In this document: piece after piece, positions 35,200 through 50,234 of the stretch | Numbering within the stretch: the first letter of the stretch is position 1 | How the letters are laid out: each line of letters opens with the position of its first letter | Origin: Octopus vulgaris | Lineage: Eukaryota | Assembly (NCBI GenBank): GCA_951406725.2 | Contig: OX597834.1 | Coordinates: 24,428,001 to 24,492,000 of the forward strand | DNA: 64,000 nt | Direction: 5' to 3' | Position numbers and translations under genes: made by a program | Notes under the pieces: model-generated | Seen by the model: only the letters and a program-made list of their open reading frames with translations | Told to the model about the DNA's origin: nothing | The model's database searches: none

Positions 35200-35423
35200 A
35201 AAGAACAAAAGAGAAAAGGAGAAAGAAAAAAACGCACTTAACACCAAAGGTGAAGACACCTCCGAAAGTGGGGGGAGGGGCACCACGTCGAAAACGGTAG
35301 AGGAGTAGGGGCCGAAACCGGACGTGGTTCCTCCTGATGATGTCTTTAGCCCATCCGAGAATCTGACCCCACATCAGGTTGTATTGTCCCCTCTTTGTTT
35401 GCCCCTTGTGGGTAATAATAAAA
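35200..35423 (+). mobile_element. 5'-truncated element carrying the shared L1/Tx1-type 3' tail
   Basis: tgtcccctctttgtttgccccttgtgggtaataataaaa; the direct repeat gatgtctttagcc at 35339-35351 and 35426-35438 may be a TSD for a 74-bp insert. Confidence 0.55.
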
Positions 35424-35599
35424 CGGATGTCTTTAGCCACTGGATCCTATAAAGGAGCTGTTGAGGTAGCGAACCACAAAACGTACTCGAAATTCCTAGT
35501 CGTTCCACCCGGTAGAAATAGAAGAGAAATCTTCAAACCAAGCCTTGTTATCTCCCAAAAGTGTAACCATGACTTTCTGTATCGGTCTCTGGCTACCGA

Positions 35600-36436
35600 A
35601 CTTCCTCGCTCGAATGTTTTTTCTCGTGTCACCGGCACGGAAGCCAGTCAGCTGCTCTGGCGACGATCACGCTCGGATGGTGCTCTTAACGCTCCAATGG
35701 CACGGGTGCCAGTCATCGAATTCGATTCGATTTCGATTTCATTTGCCTTAATAGGTCTTTGCAAGCAGAGTTTAGTGTCAAATGAAGGAAAGATACGCAT
35801 AAGTGGGCTGGTTACACCCCTGGCATAGGCCACGGGTTATGGTCTCACTTAGATTGCCGGGTCTTCTCACGCACAGCATATTTCCATAGGTCTCGGTCAC
35901 TAGTCATTGCCACCGTGAGGCCTAATGTTCGAAGGTCGTGCTTCACCATCTCATCCCAGGTCTTCCTGGGTCTACCTTTTCCACAGGTTCCCTTAACCGC
36001 TAGAGTGTGGCACTTTTTGACACAGCTATCCTCATCCATTCTCTCCACATAACCATAACAGCGCAGTCGTCTCTCTTGCACGCCACATCTGATGCTTCTT
36101 AGGTCCAGCTTTTTTCTCAAGGTACTTACACTCTGTCAAGTATGTACACTGACATTACATATCCAGCAGAGCATACTGGCTTCATTCCTTGCGAGCTTAC
36201 GCATATCCTCAGCAGTCACGGCCCATGTTTCACTGCCATGTAGCATGGCTGTTCGCACACATGCGTCATACAGTCTATTTTTTATTCTGAGCGATAGGTC
36301 CTTTGCCACAAGCAGAGGTAGGAGCTCTCTGAACTTTGCCCAGGCTATTCTTATTCTAGCAGCTACACTTTCAGCGCACCCTCCCCCACTACTGACTTGG
36401 TCACCTAGGTAACGGAAGCTATCAACTACCTCTAGC
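35600..36436 (-). mobile_element. RTE-clade LINE 3' fragment
   Basis: EVVDSFRYLG…RIRIAWAKFRELLPLL…LYDACVRTAMLHGSETW and RRLRCYGYVERM…GRPRKTW are typical of the RTE ORF C-terminus. Confidence 0.88.
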
Positions 36437-36544
36437 ACAAATTACCCTACAGCACAAATTATCCCCCACTACCTCACTAAAATGTAATAAATACTTGGAA
36501 ACGAGACCTTACCGGCGACGACGACAATGCATGTGTGTGTTAGG

Positions 36545-36815
36545 GGGTTGTACTCTTGATCGCAAGATCGTGGTTTCGATTCTCAGACCTGCGGTGCGTT
36601 GTATTTTTGAGCAAAACACTTTATTTCACATAGCTCAAATCCACATAGTTGTAAATTGGTAATCCTGCGAAGGACTGGCATTTTATTCAGGGGGAATGTA
36701 GGCCTACCCACTTATCCAGTGGGATGGCATCATTTGAAAGCTACAACAATGCGAGGTGGCGCATTGTGAGCAGCGGTGTGTAACTACATCCGATAGTCTG
36801 GTCGATACAGTGATA
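36545..36815 (+). mobile_element. Degraded SINE related to family D
   Basis: gatcgtggtttcgattctc B-box followed by ttgagcaaaacactttatttca core. Confidence 0.55.
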
Positions 36816-36827
36816 CAATATATCTTT

Positions 36828-37030
36828 TATCTTTTACTTTTTCCAGTCACTGGGCTGCGATCATGCTGGGGCACCGCCTTACGGGGTTTAGTCGACCCCC
36901 GTAAGTATTTTCTGTGTCTGGTATTCCACCATCTCTTTTGCCGAACTGCTAGTTTATTGGGACGTAAACAAACCAACAACAGTTGTCAAGCATTGGTAAG
37001 GGATACAAATACAAGTACGAAGACTCGCAC
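36828..37030 (-). mobile_element. SINE family A, 3' part
   Basis: Similar to 213-365 and 60975-61180. Confidence 0.7.
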
Positions 37031-37369
37031 AGACATATACATCTAAAAACATACATACCTGCACACACACACACACGTTCATATATGTATGTGTATGTAA
37101 GTGTGTGTGTATGTGCGCGCGCGTATTTTACGTGGGTAGATATGTATATATATATATATATATATATACACATAGATAAGAATGAGAGAGGTAGAGTGGT
37201 TATGAACACAAAGGTATGAAAGAAAAGAAAGCAAACCGGAAAAGTAGCAAGTTTTATATTGAAAAAAAGGGGGGGGGTGTTTGTATAGAGAGAGGAGGTA
37301 GTTGTGAGAAAAGATGTGTGGGGATAGAAAAGGAAGGTAAGACAGAGAAAGAGAGAGACCGAGAAAGAA

Positions 37370-37401
<32 letters not shown>

Positions 37402-37503
37402 GAAGAGAAGGGGATATATCGAGGAATCACTGAAATAAGGTTAAAAGTGGGAGAGAGGAAATAGCGATAAAGGGGTAGACGCGTTATGTACAATTTGATT
37501 TTA

Positions 37504-37576
<73 letters not shown>

Positions 37577-37834
37577 ATGTACGTATATGCATACACACAT
37601 ATATATATATATATATATGTACGTTTGTGTGTATGTATACTGGTATACTGTATATATATGTGTACACATATATATACACGCACACATACCGAAATGTGAA
37701 CGACGTTCACATACCAGCACACTAACACACGGTCCCTTCCAACAAAACTCATACATACATACATAAATATATACAAGCATGCACATACGTACATACATAA
37801 TACATAGATACATACATATATACATACACACATA

Positions 37835-39365
37835 TGCCGGTGAAATGTACCCTTACTGAAATTTTCCAAGAAAAAATAGCTCTGGCTTTGAAGTACTCTC
37901 TTGTAGAGAGAGTATTCTCTACTAAAGTAAGTAAAAAAAACCCCACCAGATACGGTATTAAAAGCTGTTAACGAAGTTGGTGATGAGTATTTACAACAGT
38001 GTGATGAATCCACATACTGGTAGATTAATGCCTGTCTATATGTTCTGGCTATTACTGTAAAACAGTGCATGAATGATATTCAAAGAGTAAACAAAACCGA
38101 AATAAAGAAAGTACAATCATAGGTTTTGAAAACAGAGAAAGATAGCTGGTTTATGGAAGACCATCAGTTATGAAATGATGCTTATTGCATGCAAACGAGC
38201 AAATCACTATACGTCCCACCAAGCAAAGAAGGATATAGAAATGACGTTTGGAGATAGCAAAAAAAGGACACTCGCAAACTGATTACCCTCAAGCAGGAGC
38301 TAAAAGCTGTGAGTGAAAAACTCTGACATTAGAAGAGAATAATCGAGAGAAGAACAATAAGCAAAAAATGTAACCGCAATCAGGAAGGAGTATACAGGGA
38401 CATGAGAAGAGGAGCAGTAAACATCATGGAAGTTCCTTCACAAGAAGACATAAACTCCTTCAGGAGGGAAATCTGGAGTGAAGAGAAGGAATTTAATCAA
38501 GGTGCCGCTCTGTGGCAGGAAAAAATCCGGTAAAGTTACTGCTCTTGCTTTACATCCAAGATATACAACATTGATGGTGAAACTCTTGCAACGGTGATCC
38601 AGAAATTCCAGGATGGAAAAGCACCTGGAAGAGATTTGATTATTGGATATTGGTACAAGAAGCCAACATTCTACCGCCGACCATATCTTATCAATCTGTA
38701 CCAGCAAGCTCTTATTGAGAACAGTAGCATACCACACTGGTTAGCTCTGGCAGAGACAAAACTGATCACCAAATGCAGAACCATCCACATGGCAAAAAAT
38801 TTCCGGCCAATTGTATGCCAGAACTTAATGTATAAGATATACAGCATGTTTAAACCTCTTCTTCCAGGACCATTGTGAAGCCAATAACATTATCACAGCA
38901 GAGCAAACAGCTGGGAAGAAGGGCGTCTGGGGATGTGCCGAGCAATTGTTAATCAACAAAAGTGTGATGTCAGAGGTTCGAGAGCATAGGAGGAACCTAG
39001 TTTCAATGTAGCTAGATTACAAGAAAACATTTGACTAGGTTCCCCACTCATGAATGCTAGAAGCCCTTCAACTTGCTAAAGTTCCCATGAGAATAGTCAA
39101 AGCCATAGCTGATTTGACTTCATCGTGGGCCACCATCTTGAAATTAAAGACAAAGAGTGATTGTATTATTACTGATAGAATACAGTATTGCAAACCGTAT
39201 TCCAGAGACAGCCTCTCTGTGATGTTGTTTATACTTTCTGTAAACCATGTTAAGGAAGTCTGAAGGATATATGTAAACCATGTTAAGGAAGTCTGAAGGA
39301 TATCTCACCAGTTCACAAGGAAACAGAAATGCCAAAATTGCACACTGTTTCCTTGTGGATTTGGC
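37835..39365 (+). mobile_element. R4/Dong-type non-LTR retrotransposon RT pseudogene
   Basis: APGRDLIIGYWYKK, PHWLALAETKLITK, NFRPIVCQNLMYKI, GKKGVWGCAEQLLINK, LDYKKTFD*VPHS*, DSLSVMLFILSVN (RT motifs with stops and frameshifts); a tandem duplication of about 33 bp near 39240-39303. Confidence 0.85.
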
Positions 39366-39692
39366 TATCACATGTTATTCTACAGTAGGGTATATTCCAG
39401 AGCTGGATACAAATGTGGAACTCCTCTTTACATAAGAATAATATAACACGAGGTTGGAGGATATCAAACTTTAATAGTAGATCACATTTGTTTCTGCACC
39501 GCACACCAGCTGCTGAGTTTATATTCATAAGCCACTCTACAAGATTATTCATTATAATTACTATATACTAGAATATTTTTCAGTAATAGCCATGTTTGGG
39601 TGCTTCATCGGATGGAATACGAGTAATTCCTGTTAGATTTTTCTGAATTCTCTGGGTGTCCGATGATACTATTAATTATATATCTATATATC

Positions 39693-39922
39693 AAGGCGGC
39701 GAGCTGGTAGAAACGTTAGCACGCCGGCGAAATGCGTAGCCGTATTTAGTCTGCCGTTACGTTCCGAGTTCAAATTCCGCCGAGGTCGATTTTGCCTTTC
39801 ATCCTTTCGGGGTCGATAAATTAAGTACCAGATACGCACTGGGGTCGATGTAATCGACTTAATCCCTTTGTCTGTCCTTGTTTGTCCCCTCTGTGTTTAG
39901 CCCCTTGTGGGTAGTAAAGATA
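39693..39922 (+). mobile_element. SINE family B, full length
   Basis: 16-bp direct repeat tattaattatatatct at 39670-39685 and 39925-39940. Confidence 0.92.
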
Positions 39923-40723
39923 TATATTAATTATATATCTGTATTATGTAGTTTATTATGAGAACTGAATAAAATTTGCATAATTATGATAATCAAGTAT
40001 ATATTTATTAATAGAAACTGGACAAAAGGCAGCCAATGGTAAAGACCCCGCCTTTGTTTCTCTTCCTGCTTTTGTAGTGTGAAAGACGCTCTTAAATCGC
40101 TTGGTGTCTTTCTATAGAATCTATTTCCAAAGGGATCGTAACTGAATACAAATAATATTTAAAATGCATTATTTATTAGAGCATTGATGTACATTTTGGG
40201 GGGTTACTAGGAGGGAAAAGTTAAGAGGTAGATCGAACTACGAGAAATAGCAGCGAAAAAACCCTCAAATCTTCCTTTTTGTGAAGAGGTCGATTTAATC
40301 AATTTCATTATTAAGAAAAAAAGAAAGAAAATTTCATTTAAGAAAAAAAGAAAGAAAATGAAGTGTAGTCTTCGAATCTGTATCTATTTATATCGAACAC
40401 AATCACACACACACTCACGAGCAGCCTTCAACTTTTACTATCAAAGGTACTTTTAACCTAACATTTACTCATTATTATATATAGTTCTTCTTCAAATTAA
40501 ACCGTCCGCACCAAAAAGAATTATTTCATGTTCTCTCGAAGGTTCTAAATTTTCATTAGTCAGCTACACACACACTCACACACACACGCACACACACATA
40601 TATTACCGTATTAGCACCAAGCAGTGTCTAGGCATAAGCAAAGTTTAGGTTAGTTAAAATATGTTAAAAGGCAAATCCACTGCAGTTACAGTGGAGAAAA
40701 TTGCGCACAAAGTTTTATCATTC

Positions 40724-41480
40724 TAGCTCACTTCCGCTGTTTACAATAGTGCTCGGAATGAAGGTGTGTAGCGTGTGATTGTCGCATTGAACATGACAGA
40801 GAAAGTTGAGCAGAGAATCTGCATCAAATTTTGCTAAACGCTTGGTGATATCTGCTCAGAGGCCTTCAGAAAGTTTTCAAAAACTTCTTGACATAATCAA
40901 GATCTTGTGCAACTGAAATTCGAGTGTCTTTTTAGTCAGCTGAAAGCAGTTTTGGTACAAACTTGGCAGATATGCGTCTCATACCCAAATCTTTAGTGAT
41001 AATGGATTGGACTGCATTGTAACTAATTTACACATCCTCTGAAAACTCATGGATGGTGATTCGACGATTTCCCCTCACAGATGCATGCACATCTACGATG
41101 TTTTTCTCAGTTATGCTCGTTGCGGGTCTCACAGACCGTTCATCAATATCGATATTTTCGGCCATCTTCGAAGTGTCTGACCCCCTCGTATACGTGTGCA
41201 GCTCATACACTCCTCTCCATACACTTTCTGCAACTTTGCATGGGCCTCGGAGCAGGTATCGCCACGACAACTTTGTCTGTTATTGTCAATGCGACAATAA
41301 CACGCTACACACCTTCCTTCCAAGCACTACTGTAAACAGTAGAAATGAGCTAACGAACGTTAAAACTTAATGCGCATGCACTGCAGTGTTCAAGATCAAT
41401 CTCTGCCGAGCGACTTTTGCTCTGCATGCTTTAGCTTCGTTACTATGGCAACAGTCCGGATACTTATTGATCAGATTTCG
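40724..41480 (-). mobile_element. Mariner 5' relic with an inverted second 5' fragment (40724-40875, + strand)
   Basis: TIR-like cgaaatctgatcaataagtatccggac next to TA; MTEKVEQRICIKFC on the + strand; DIDERSVRPATS…NRRITI on the - strand. Confidence 0.75.
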
Positions 41481-42057
41481 TATATGCATGCATACATACA
41501 CGTGTGTGTGTGTGTGTGTGCACGTCCATACTCTGTTAGGTTCAGTGGTGTAGTTTTGTTTAGTCTTGTTTTATTTTTGGTTAGAAACTGGCAGTTCTTT
41601 GTAGGATATCTTCAAAGAATAAGCAATAATAAAACAAAACAAACACACACATATATGTAGGTGTGCGTGCGTGCACGCACACACGCATACAATATGTATA
41701 TATATATCTACATACATATATATATATATATATCTACATATCTGCATATACAAACATGCATATATATATACATACGTACATACATATACATACTCACACA
41801 TGCACACATAAAATATGCACACAGTTGCATGTATACACACACTTATATTGTGTATATGTATGTATGTATGTATGTATGTATGCATGCATGTATGCATGTG
41901 TGTGTATACATATATTATACATACGTCTGTGCATGTATACACGAGTGATTGGGTGCTTATATTTTTAAGTTTATAAATGCATGCTTATATATGTACATAC
42001 ATGCGTAAATGTGTATATAAATATACATACATTCACACAGACACATATACACATAGA

Positions 42058-42109
<52 letters not shown>

Positions 42110-42843
42110 AACACATAAGATTTTCCATTGGTTTATGGTATAAAATTTTTGTTAAGTCGAAGGTGTATATTCAGATCCGTTTGACCTTTGTCAGACCATG
42201 CTTCAATCAACGAAGTTGTCGTCTGCGTGTTACAATGAGAACCGGCCTGGCTTGATTTACAAGCAAAATTTTCTGAAGCTGTCACCTTTTCGCCGCCAAA
42301 TTTATATATCTTACATTTAAAAAAAATATAAAAATCCACTGATTTTTTCCCGTCTTGAGATGTTAAATAAAATATATTTCTTGACATTTCATTTAAGGAG
42401 CTCAAACACTAACACCGGCATACGTTACGCGTGCACCCACCCACACGCGTGTATGCACACATACACGCAGTTAGACAGGTATTCATTATACATGCTACAA
42501 TTTTTGTTCGGTGATATATTAGTGGGCATATAAAGAGGAATAAGGAATTGGTGGTGATGGTCTGGCAGTTAGAGCCGGTTCAGCAGCTAATATTCGCGCT
42601 ATGGATTGAGGGATTGAGCACAAACAGTATCGTGCGCGCATGTATATATATGTATATATATATGCATACACGCACACATATAAATAAATAGAATTATGTA
42701 ATTCAAACAATGATCGACATAAACCATATCAAATATATATATAGATATATTATATATTTATATTGTGAAATTTGATTTAATACTAAATTGAATTTTTCCC
42801 TGTAAGTTTGGAGTTATACTCCCTGATATTATTATTATTATTA

Positions 42844-42915
<72 letters not shown>

Positions 42916-43198
42916 ATTGGTAGAGACGTACAGATGTATACATACATATACCCGTACATGTATGTATGCCTGTATGTATATATGGGCGCAAATGCATATT
43001 TTAATGCCTTCTTGGTTTTCACACAATTAGCATTGCTTAGGGGGCAAACGCTGATCATGAATGATTAAGAAATGAGAAAAAAATGGAACTAACTCGTTTT
43101 CTAAGGATTTCTTTCCCACTATAGCCCCTAATTCGTATCTGTGCGATGGTAATTATGTGAATCGCTATTATGAACTAAAGTCTCTACTTAGCCGTAAA

Positions 43199-43280
<82 letters not shown>

Positions 43281-43495
43281 CAACGTTTATATAGTTACAT
43301 TGCAAGTCGCTATTATTCATCCGAGGAAATTTTCTTTTGGTATGTTTTCTGTATTCACGCACACGTGCGCAAACAGACACACACTCATTCACCTGCACGC
43401 ACAGACACTTCCTTAAGCATATATAGACTATACATACATATATACATACATACATAGACACATTCATACGTATATATACATATACATCCATATAT

Positions 43496-43565
<70 letters not shown>

Positions 43566-44379
43566 TGTCTTTATTTACATAATATCGAGGACTCATTCAT
43601 TCTTTTGTTGTCGTATCATTACTATTAATTTATATATATATATATATTTCGTTTTTGGATTTGGCTTGCAAGATTCTTTATATGATTTCGTGTGTTGAAG
43701 CATATTCAGTTGTGTCTGGGGAGAGTCATTTTCTTTTTGTGCCTTATAATGTAACACACTCACTGATAAAATTTCCACCTTTTCCTTATTTTTATTTTCC
43801 TAAAATTTTCGTTGAGTCTTGCAGCCTTTTCAATAGTCTTGACTCTGTCCGTTATTTACACTGCGTTCCCTTTTGTTTGTTTGTGCGCATGTGTGTGGGT
43901 TATTTTGTGTGTGTGTGTGTGTGTGTGTGTGCCTATACATGCTTGCATGTATCGGTTTCTTTATATATATATATATATAGCTAGAGAGTTATGAATCCAA
44001 AGAGAGTTAGAGGTTGTGAATCCAACCAACTAAGGGATAATTTTTATCCAATTTACTGTTGGTAGAATACCCAATTATTACTACACAAGTGTTTTTTTCA
44101 TTGCATGGCAATTACACTACTGAAGGTAATAAATGGGTGAGGGTAAAAAGTTGTTTTACCCTTAATTTATACGGCAATAAGAAAATTGAAGGGATGAAGA
44201 GGTGGTATTCATCAACTTTTAGACATTATATTACGTCTATTTATTTATTTTTAAAGAAACAATTATAACAATATACATACATGTATAACATATTATGCTT
44301 TACATATATAACATATAAAATATAAAAATACCAGTAATTATTAAAATATATAATGCAGAACATAGAAAGTAAAATATTT

Positions 44380-44501
44380 TCTTACACCTGTTTCAGCCAA
44401 GATGTCATACTATCCCACTTTACTTCCATCCCTTCAGTGAATTAAAGTATTTGGTAGATAAGATTAAGGTACTTGGGTGTGTCTCTGGGCTTCGTCAAAG
44501 A
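44380..44501 (-). ncRNA. Degenerate Penelope-type hammerhead with long helix II
   Basis: tct-TTGACGA-AGCC…(about 90 nt)…GGCT-GAAA-caggtg-TA-aga; C3 and helix III are mutated. Confidence 0.45.
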
Positions 44502-44756
44502 GTTTAGAAAGTTCATAAGGTTAAGTTATAAATATGAATACATACATATATGCATACTTTTACATATACATACATATAAATAAATATACATAAATACATG
44601 TCTATACATTTATATGTATATGCATTTCTTATTAGATAAAGTATAAACAGAGGAAACAGAAAATTATCAAAAGAGAAATAATAGTGGAATTTAAATAATC
44701 AATCTATCTTAAGATTATTGTAGTTATGTAGGAATGAAAAGGTATATAAATGAGGA

Positions 44757-44809
<53 letters not shown>

Positions 44810-44955
44810 AACACACATATATATACATATATATATTTACGTACAAACATACCCATAGGTACATACATATTTCATGTGTTGAGAAGGGAGGATTACTGTA
44901 GTAATTCGTATATTTCTTCTTATATAATTATAATAATTATACAAAAACTTATCTA

Positions 44956-45052
<97 letters not shown>

Positions 45053-45204
45053 ATATCTATATATGCATATAAACATGCGATATGTTTTCTGTTGAGGGCT
45101 TGAGATAAAGGGCCACAATATGTAGGTTAGAGTTTATATTAATACCTGTGATATTAGTCGGTGCTGAAAGTCATACATTTCCTTGTATTAATATATATAT
45201 ATAT

Positions 45205-45344
45205 ATAGGCTTAGGTATAGCTTTATGGTAAGAAGTTTGCTTCCTAACCACATAATTGTTGCAGGTTCAGTCCCACTGTGATGCCTTGGGCAGACCAAAA
45301 ACCTTGTGGGTGGATTTGGTAGACGGAAACTGAAAGGAGTCCGT

Positions 45345-45402
<58 letters not shown>

Positions 45403-45630
45403 CGTGTGTGTGTGATTTTGTATCTGTGTTTGTTCCCCACCGCTGCTTGAGAACCAGTATTGATGTGTATACGTCCCAATAATCTAGCGATTCGGCTAAA
45501 AGTTTCGATAGAATAAATACTAGGCTTTAAAAAAAAAGTGCTGGGGTCGATTAGTTCGACTCATATTCCTCAATGCGATATCCCAGCAATGCCTCAGTCT
45601 AATGAGTGAAAGAAATAAAAGAGAAAAGAT
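45205..45630 (+). mobile_element. SINE family A with internal (TA)n
   Basis: Head, central microsatellite and tail are collinear with 58220-58620. Confidence 0.78.
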
Positions 45631-45787
45631 ATAAACTATATATATATAAGCTATATATTAATCTACACACGCACACATAGTAACTTTTAGAAGTGAGAGC
45701 TTAGGAGTAACTCCAAAGTTTCGGCTTGTACACCTAAATCTGTCTGATAAAAGCGAGTAAGTCGAAACTTTGTTGTTATTGTATAAT

Positions 45788-46152
45788 TGTGATTCTTAAC
45801 TGGGGTCCATATGGAGCCTCAGGGACCATATAAGAGTTTTGAGAGTACACGTAACAAATAGTAAATTAAGGATCCAAAATAATATTCTAAGGACTCCTGA
45901 AAATATTTTGCTTTAGATATTGGTAGTTATTGGAATATATTGGTATGTATTCCAAGAAACAGCTAGGTTTCTTTCTCACACAAGAGAAAGTGAAACAAAG
46001 TTAATGTGAAACAAAACAAAACAAAACAAAATAGGAATTTTGAAAAGGGTTTCTATAAAACTTGTTTTTAAACATCGAATGATTATGAGGGTCAACCAGA
46101 ATAAAATAGTAACCAAAGGGGTCCATAGGTAAAATATGAGTGAGAACCCCTG
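45788..46152. mobile_element. Degraded hAT-like MITE
   Basis: Ends gtgattcttaactggggtcc and gtgagaacccctg resemble CAGTGGTTCTCAAC-type TIRs; no clear TSD. Confidence 0.4.
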
Positions 46153-46628
46153 CTGTGAACCTTTCTCTTGTAAAAGTTACTCTTGAATGTTGTGACGAGA
46201 AGAAAATGCAAATGTCTGCTAGAAAATTTGAACCAATGAACACATGGAGAGGCAGTCAAGCAATTTACCGCCTCGTCCATCCCACTAGAGGTCGCTTAGT
46301 GCTGTACTATATCTCTATTGTTTAACAATACTTCATAAGAAATGGGCGGAAAGAATAAACGTTTTTAATTTACATAATGGCAGCGATGAATAAAACAGTA
46401 GCCATATTAAAATAGGCGACTCAAAGAAACATTGGAGGATTAATATTCACACACATACACACATGCGCGCGCGCAAACAAACATGAGAATACACACGCGT
46501 TTAACACACACACACATGCACATGCGCATTTCATTATGTGTATACATATGAATACAAATGCACGCATCCGCACGCACGAGCTCACCCACCCACACATAAC
46601 ATATTTCTATGGGCATACACATAAATTC

Positions 46629-46671
<43 letters not shown>

Positions 46672-46672
46672 A

Positions 46673-46771
<99 letters not shown>

Positions 46772-47326
46772 TAATATATATACCTATGTGTACACACTCA
46801 CACTTGGATGTGTATGAATGCGTATACGTACAAAGCAGGTAAGTGCGAAAGACAGGGACTCTAAAGAGACCGTATGAGAGAGGGGCTGGATGGGAGAATT
46901 TATACGCCCATTTAGTCGCATTAACTTGTGCCATCACGTACGATGGACTGCACGTATAGAACAACCACATGCATCCATAGATACGTTCATTGATTTATAT
47001 ATATATATATATTCGTGTGTATGTGTTCGTTTATAACCCTGCCCTATATGTATAAAAGATATTTTATATGTATCCGCATACAACTCAGACAAAAAAGATA
47101 TATCATATAATTATATGCCCCTATACTTGTATGTATGTATGTATGTATGTATGTATGTATGTATGTATGTATGTATGTATGTATGTATAGATTTATATGT
47201 ATAGATTTATATGTATATACATATGAATACAAATGCACGCATATATTTATAAACACACACACGCACACACACATATTGCATTTACACATCTATGCCCAAG
47301 TTTGATATTTTTCTATTTAATACAAA

Positions 47327-48493
47327 CTAGCAGCATAGCCCGGCGTTGCCCGGGTATGTAAGAGCCCCTAGTAGGCAATGACTAATCCCAATCTAGTCCT
47401 TTCCCTCTAGGGAACGAAGGCGCATGTGTAGGTTGCAATGTCTTCTCTTCACTCCCAAATAACTCTCAAACAGCTATCGATAATTCAACCCAACCAATTC
47501 CTACCAGGAAGAAATTACATTCAAGATTTTACCCCCAACACCCCCAACACTTCTGCTAATTGCTACTGCAGCCGCAAGTTATTCGAATACTTTTTTTGTT
47601 TAAACTTTCTTTATAACTACCACCCCAAACGTTTTACCTTAAATTTTTGACGTACCCTAAGAGTCCTCGGACGCTACTTGCAAACTCTTGGTTTATTATA
47701 AACCGCTTTTGTCGTATGCACCAAAAAACCTTTTCCATTCGTTTGTTCAGTTTGGTCACTTTTGACTTTTTCGTTGTTGTCACTCACATTGCTGCCCGCT
47801 TTTTTGCCGTTTTTGTACATTTTTATACATCTTGGGATACTTACCCCACGTGTTCCGAGAGTTAAAAAGGTCGAGTTGCGTCCCCTAGACAGTCTGTGGT
47901 TTGTGTTTAATACACAAATCGGTTTGCTATGTGTGCCACATATGATTTAATTAACCGATTTTTTCCAGTAATAAAGTATCCTATTGGAATAAAAAGGGCC
48001 ATATAGCTCCTTGGAGCAGACATGATGCTCGCTGTGAATTTCAAAAAAAATTCCTGCCCTTTTGTGAAAGATGTTGTCGAAAATATGTCATCTTGAATTT
48101 AAACGCGATTTCCCAAAATAGCATGATTTTATCGATTTTTTCTGATAGTAAGGTATTGCATGGAAAACTAACGTCAGAATTAAGTTTCTTAGGGTAACAT
48201 TAAGCTTCACCATGAGTTTGGTGAAAATCGATTGCAAGTTGCGAAAACTACAACAGAAAATGTGTTGCATATAAAAAGCTTAGATTCTCGACCCCATGTC
48301 GAATTTATCAATTTTTTTCAGAAATGGGGGAACTTTTCAAAATTTTCGGTGCGTTAGTTTTGAATTATGACATTGGGCTATGTGTGTGTCAAGTTTCATC
48401 AAAATCGGTTGAAAGCCGTGGTCAGGGTGAGGGTACAACCTGACAGACACACAGACACACAGACAGACAAACTGCCTTTTATATATAGAGAGA
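47327..48493 (-). mobile_element. Non-autonomous Helitron
   Basis: On the minus strand: A|TC start, (CTGT)-type repeat, 3' hairpin cccgggcaacgccggg and CTAG|T end. Confidence 0.88.
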
Positions 48494-48595
48494 TAAGATA
48501 AACTGGTCATAATCTATCTATCTATCTATCTTTTCATATATATATATATATATATTACATTGCGGAACTGTTACTTTAACGAGTTGTATTTATTT

Positions 48596-48701
48596 ATCAC
48601 CCGATGAGATACATCTGCACCACCGGATGCTCCTGAACCAGTTGTTGAGTGTCTCACCCATGAAGAATCGATGGTAGATGTGTCGAAACAATTGTCGTGA
48701 T
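48596..48701 (+). ncRNA. Penelope-type hammerhead ribozyme (C4 core variant) with long helix II
   Basis: ATCAC-CCGATGA-GATACATCTGC…GTAGATGTGTC-GAAA-CAATTG-TC-GTGAT; 11-bp helix II base; lies in a fragment embedded in (TA)n. Confidence 0.75.
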
Positions 48702-48817
48702 TAATAATAAATCCTCGTATATTCCATCTTCCATCTTTCATGTGCCATATATATATATATATAATTATATGCATATACATATTTTGACTTGTATACATAC
48801 ATACATACATACAGACA

Positions 48818-48862
<45 letters not shown>

Positions 48863-49303
48863 TTATGCACACACATGTATGTATATTTGTGAATGTTCAT
48901 GTATGTGTATGCATATGGTGTGCCTATGAAGTAAATGCCCCTGTAGCGTCTGCACCACAAACAGAAATAAATTGCACGAACAGAAAACTGCGGAAGCAAA
49001 GGGATGAAGTGGTAACCGCTAAACCTTTCAAAATTAACGGCTCTCAAACACACGAACGTAGTGCCGCAAACACATACACACACATGCACACACACATGCA
49101 CACACACATGCACACACACACGCATGCATACATAAATACATACTTACAAACATGCATATTCATTTACACACACTGCAGACCCACTTGCAAGAGAACACGG
49201 GAAGATACGAGCATACACGCATACAGAGTTGCAGACAAATGTATACACACACACATACACACACACACATACAAACACACATACAAACCGATAGACACAA
49301 ATG

Positions 49304-49336
<33 letters not shown>

Positions 49337-50234
49337 GCGCACACAGAAACTCTAAGGACAAACACCATATACACTTACGTAGCCATAGGGACATATCCTT
49401 AGATCTTTCAAAATTAATGGCTTGCAAACACACATACATACTGACGCAAACGCACACGCACACACACACACGCATAAACCGATAGATACACGTACACACA
49501 CACATACACCCACAAACACATGCACACACATCTACGGACGAACAGACTCGTTTACAGAAACGTAGTCATAGGGACATACATTTACTCAACTAATACACAT
49601 ACTCATATAAACACATCTACCGATAAAGACGTACACACACTGTGCACGCACACATACACAAACACACAGACACATCTCAATCACATACATACACACACAA
49701 GCATACGAAAAAGATACTCATATACGCACATGTACCTATAAAGACGTATACAGATACGTATACATACAAGCACATACCTATACATACACGCACGCACGCA
49801 CGCACTCACGCACGCACTCACGCACGTATGTACACAAGGGTATATCTTGTATTTTAGAATCTAATAAATTATGGAACTTAAATTTAGAAAACACAACACA
49901 AACAAATGAAGTAATTTATTGAGTTTTAGCGTGATACGATTATTGGACTAAGAAAAAAAAAGAAGAAAAAGAAAACTAATAATAACGAAACGAACATTCT
50001 CGGAAAAAGAAAAAGAAAAATATATAACCAAAACAAAAAATTCAGAAACAAGATGGCGTCGAGAAGAAGAACGAAATTTGTAAACTACGTTAATTTTATA
50101 ACAATTATATTAGCATGGACGTCGTAAACTCGTTAATAACGTGCCCTCTTTACTCCATGTCTGTTTACCATATCACTGACACTTGGAGATTCGATAAAGT
50201 ATGAAATAACTTTGGTTGATCAGCACCGCATTTG

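Noticed and set aside
50049-50058. YY1-like motif CAAGATGGCG
   Set aside because: A single short motif with no adjacent gene start to support a promoter call.
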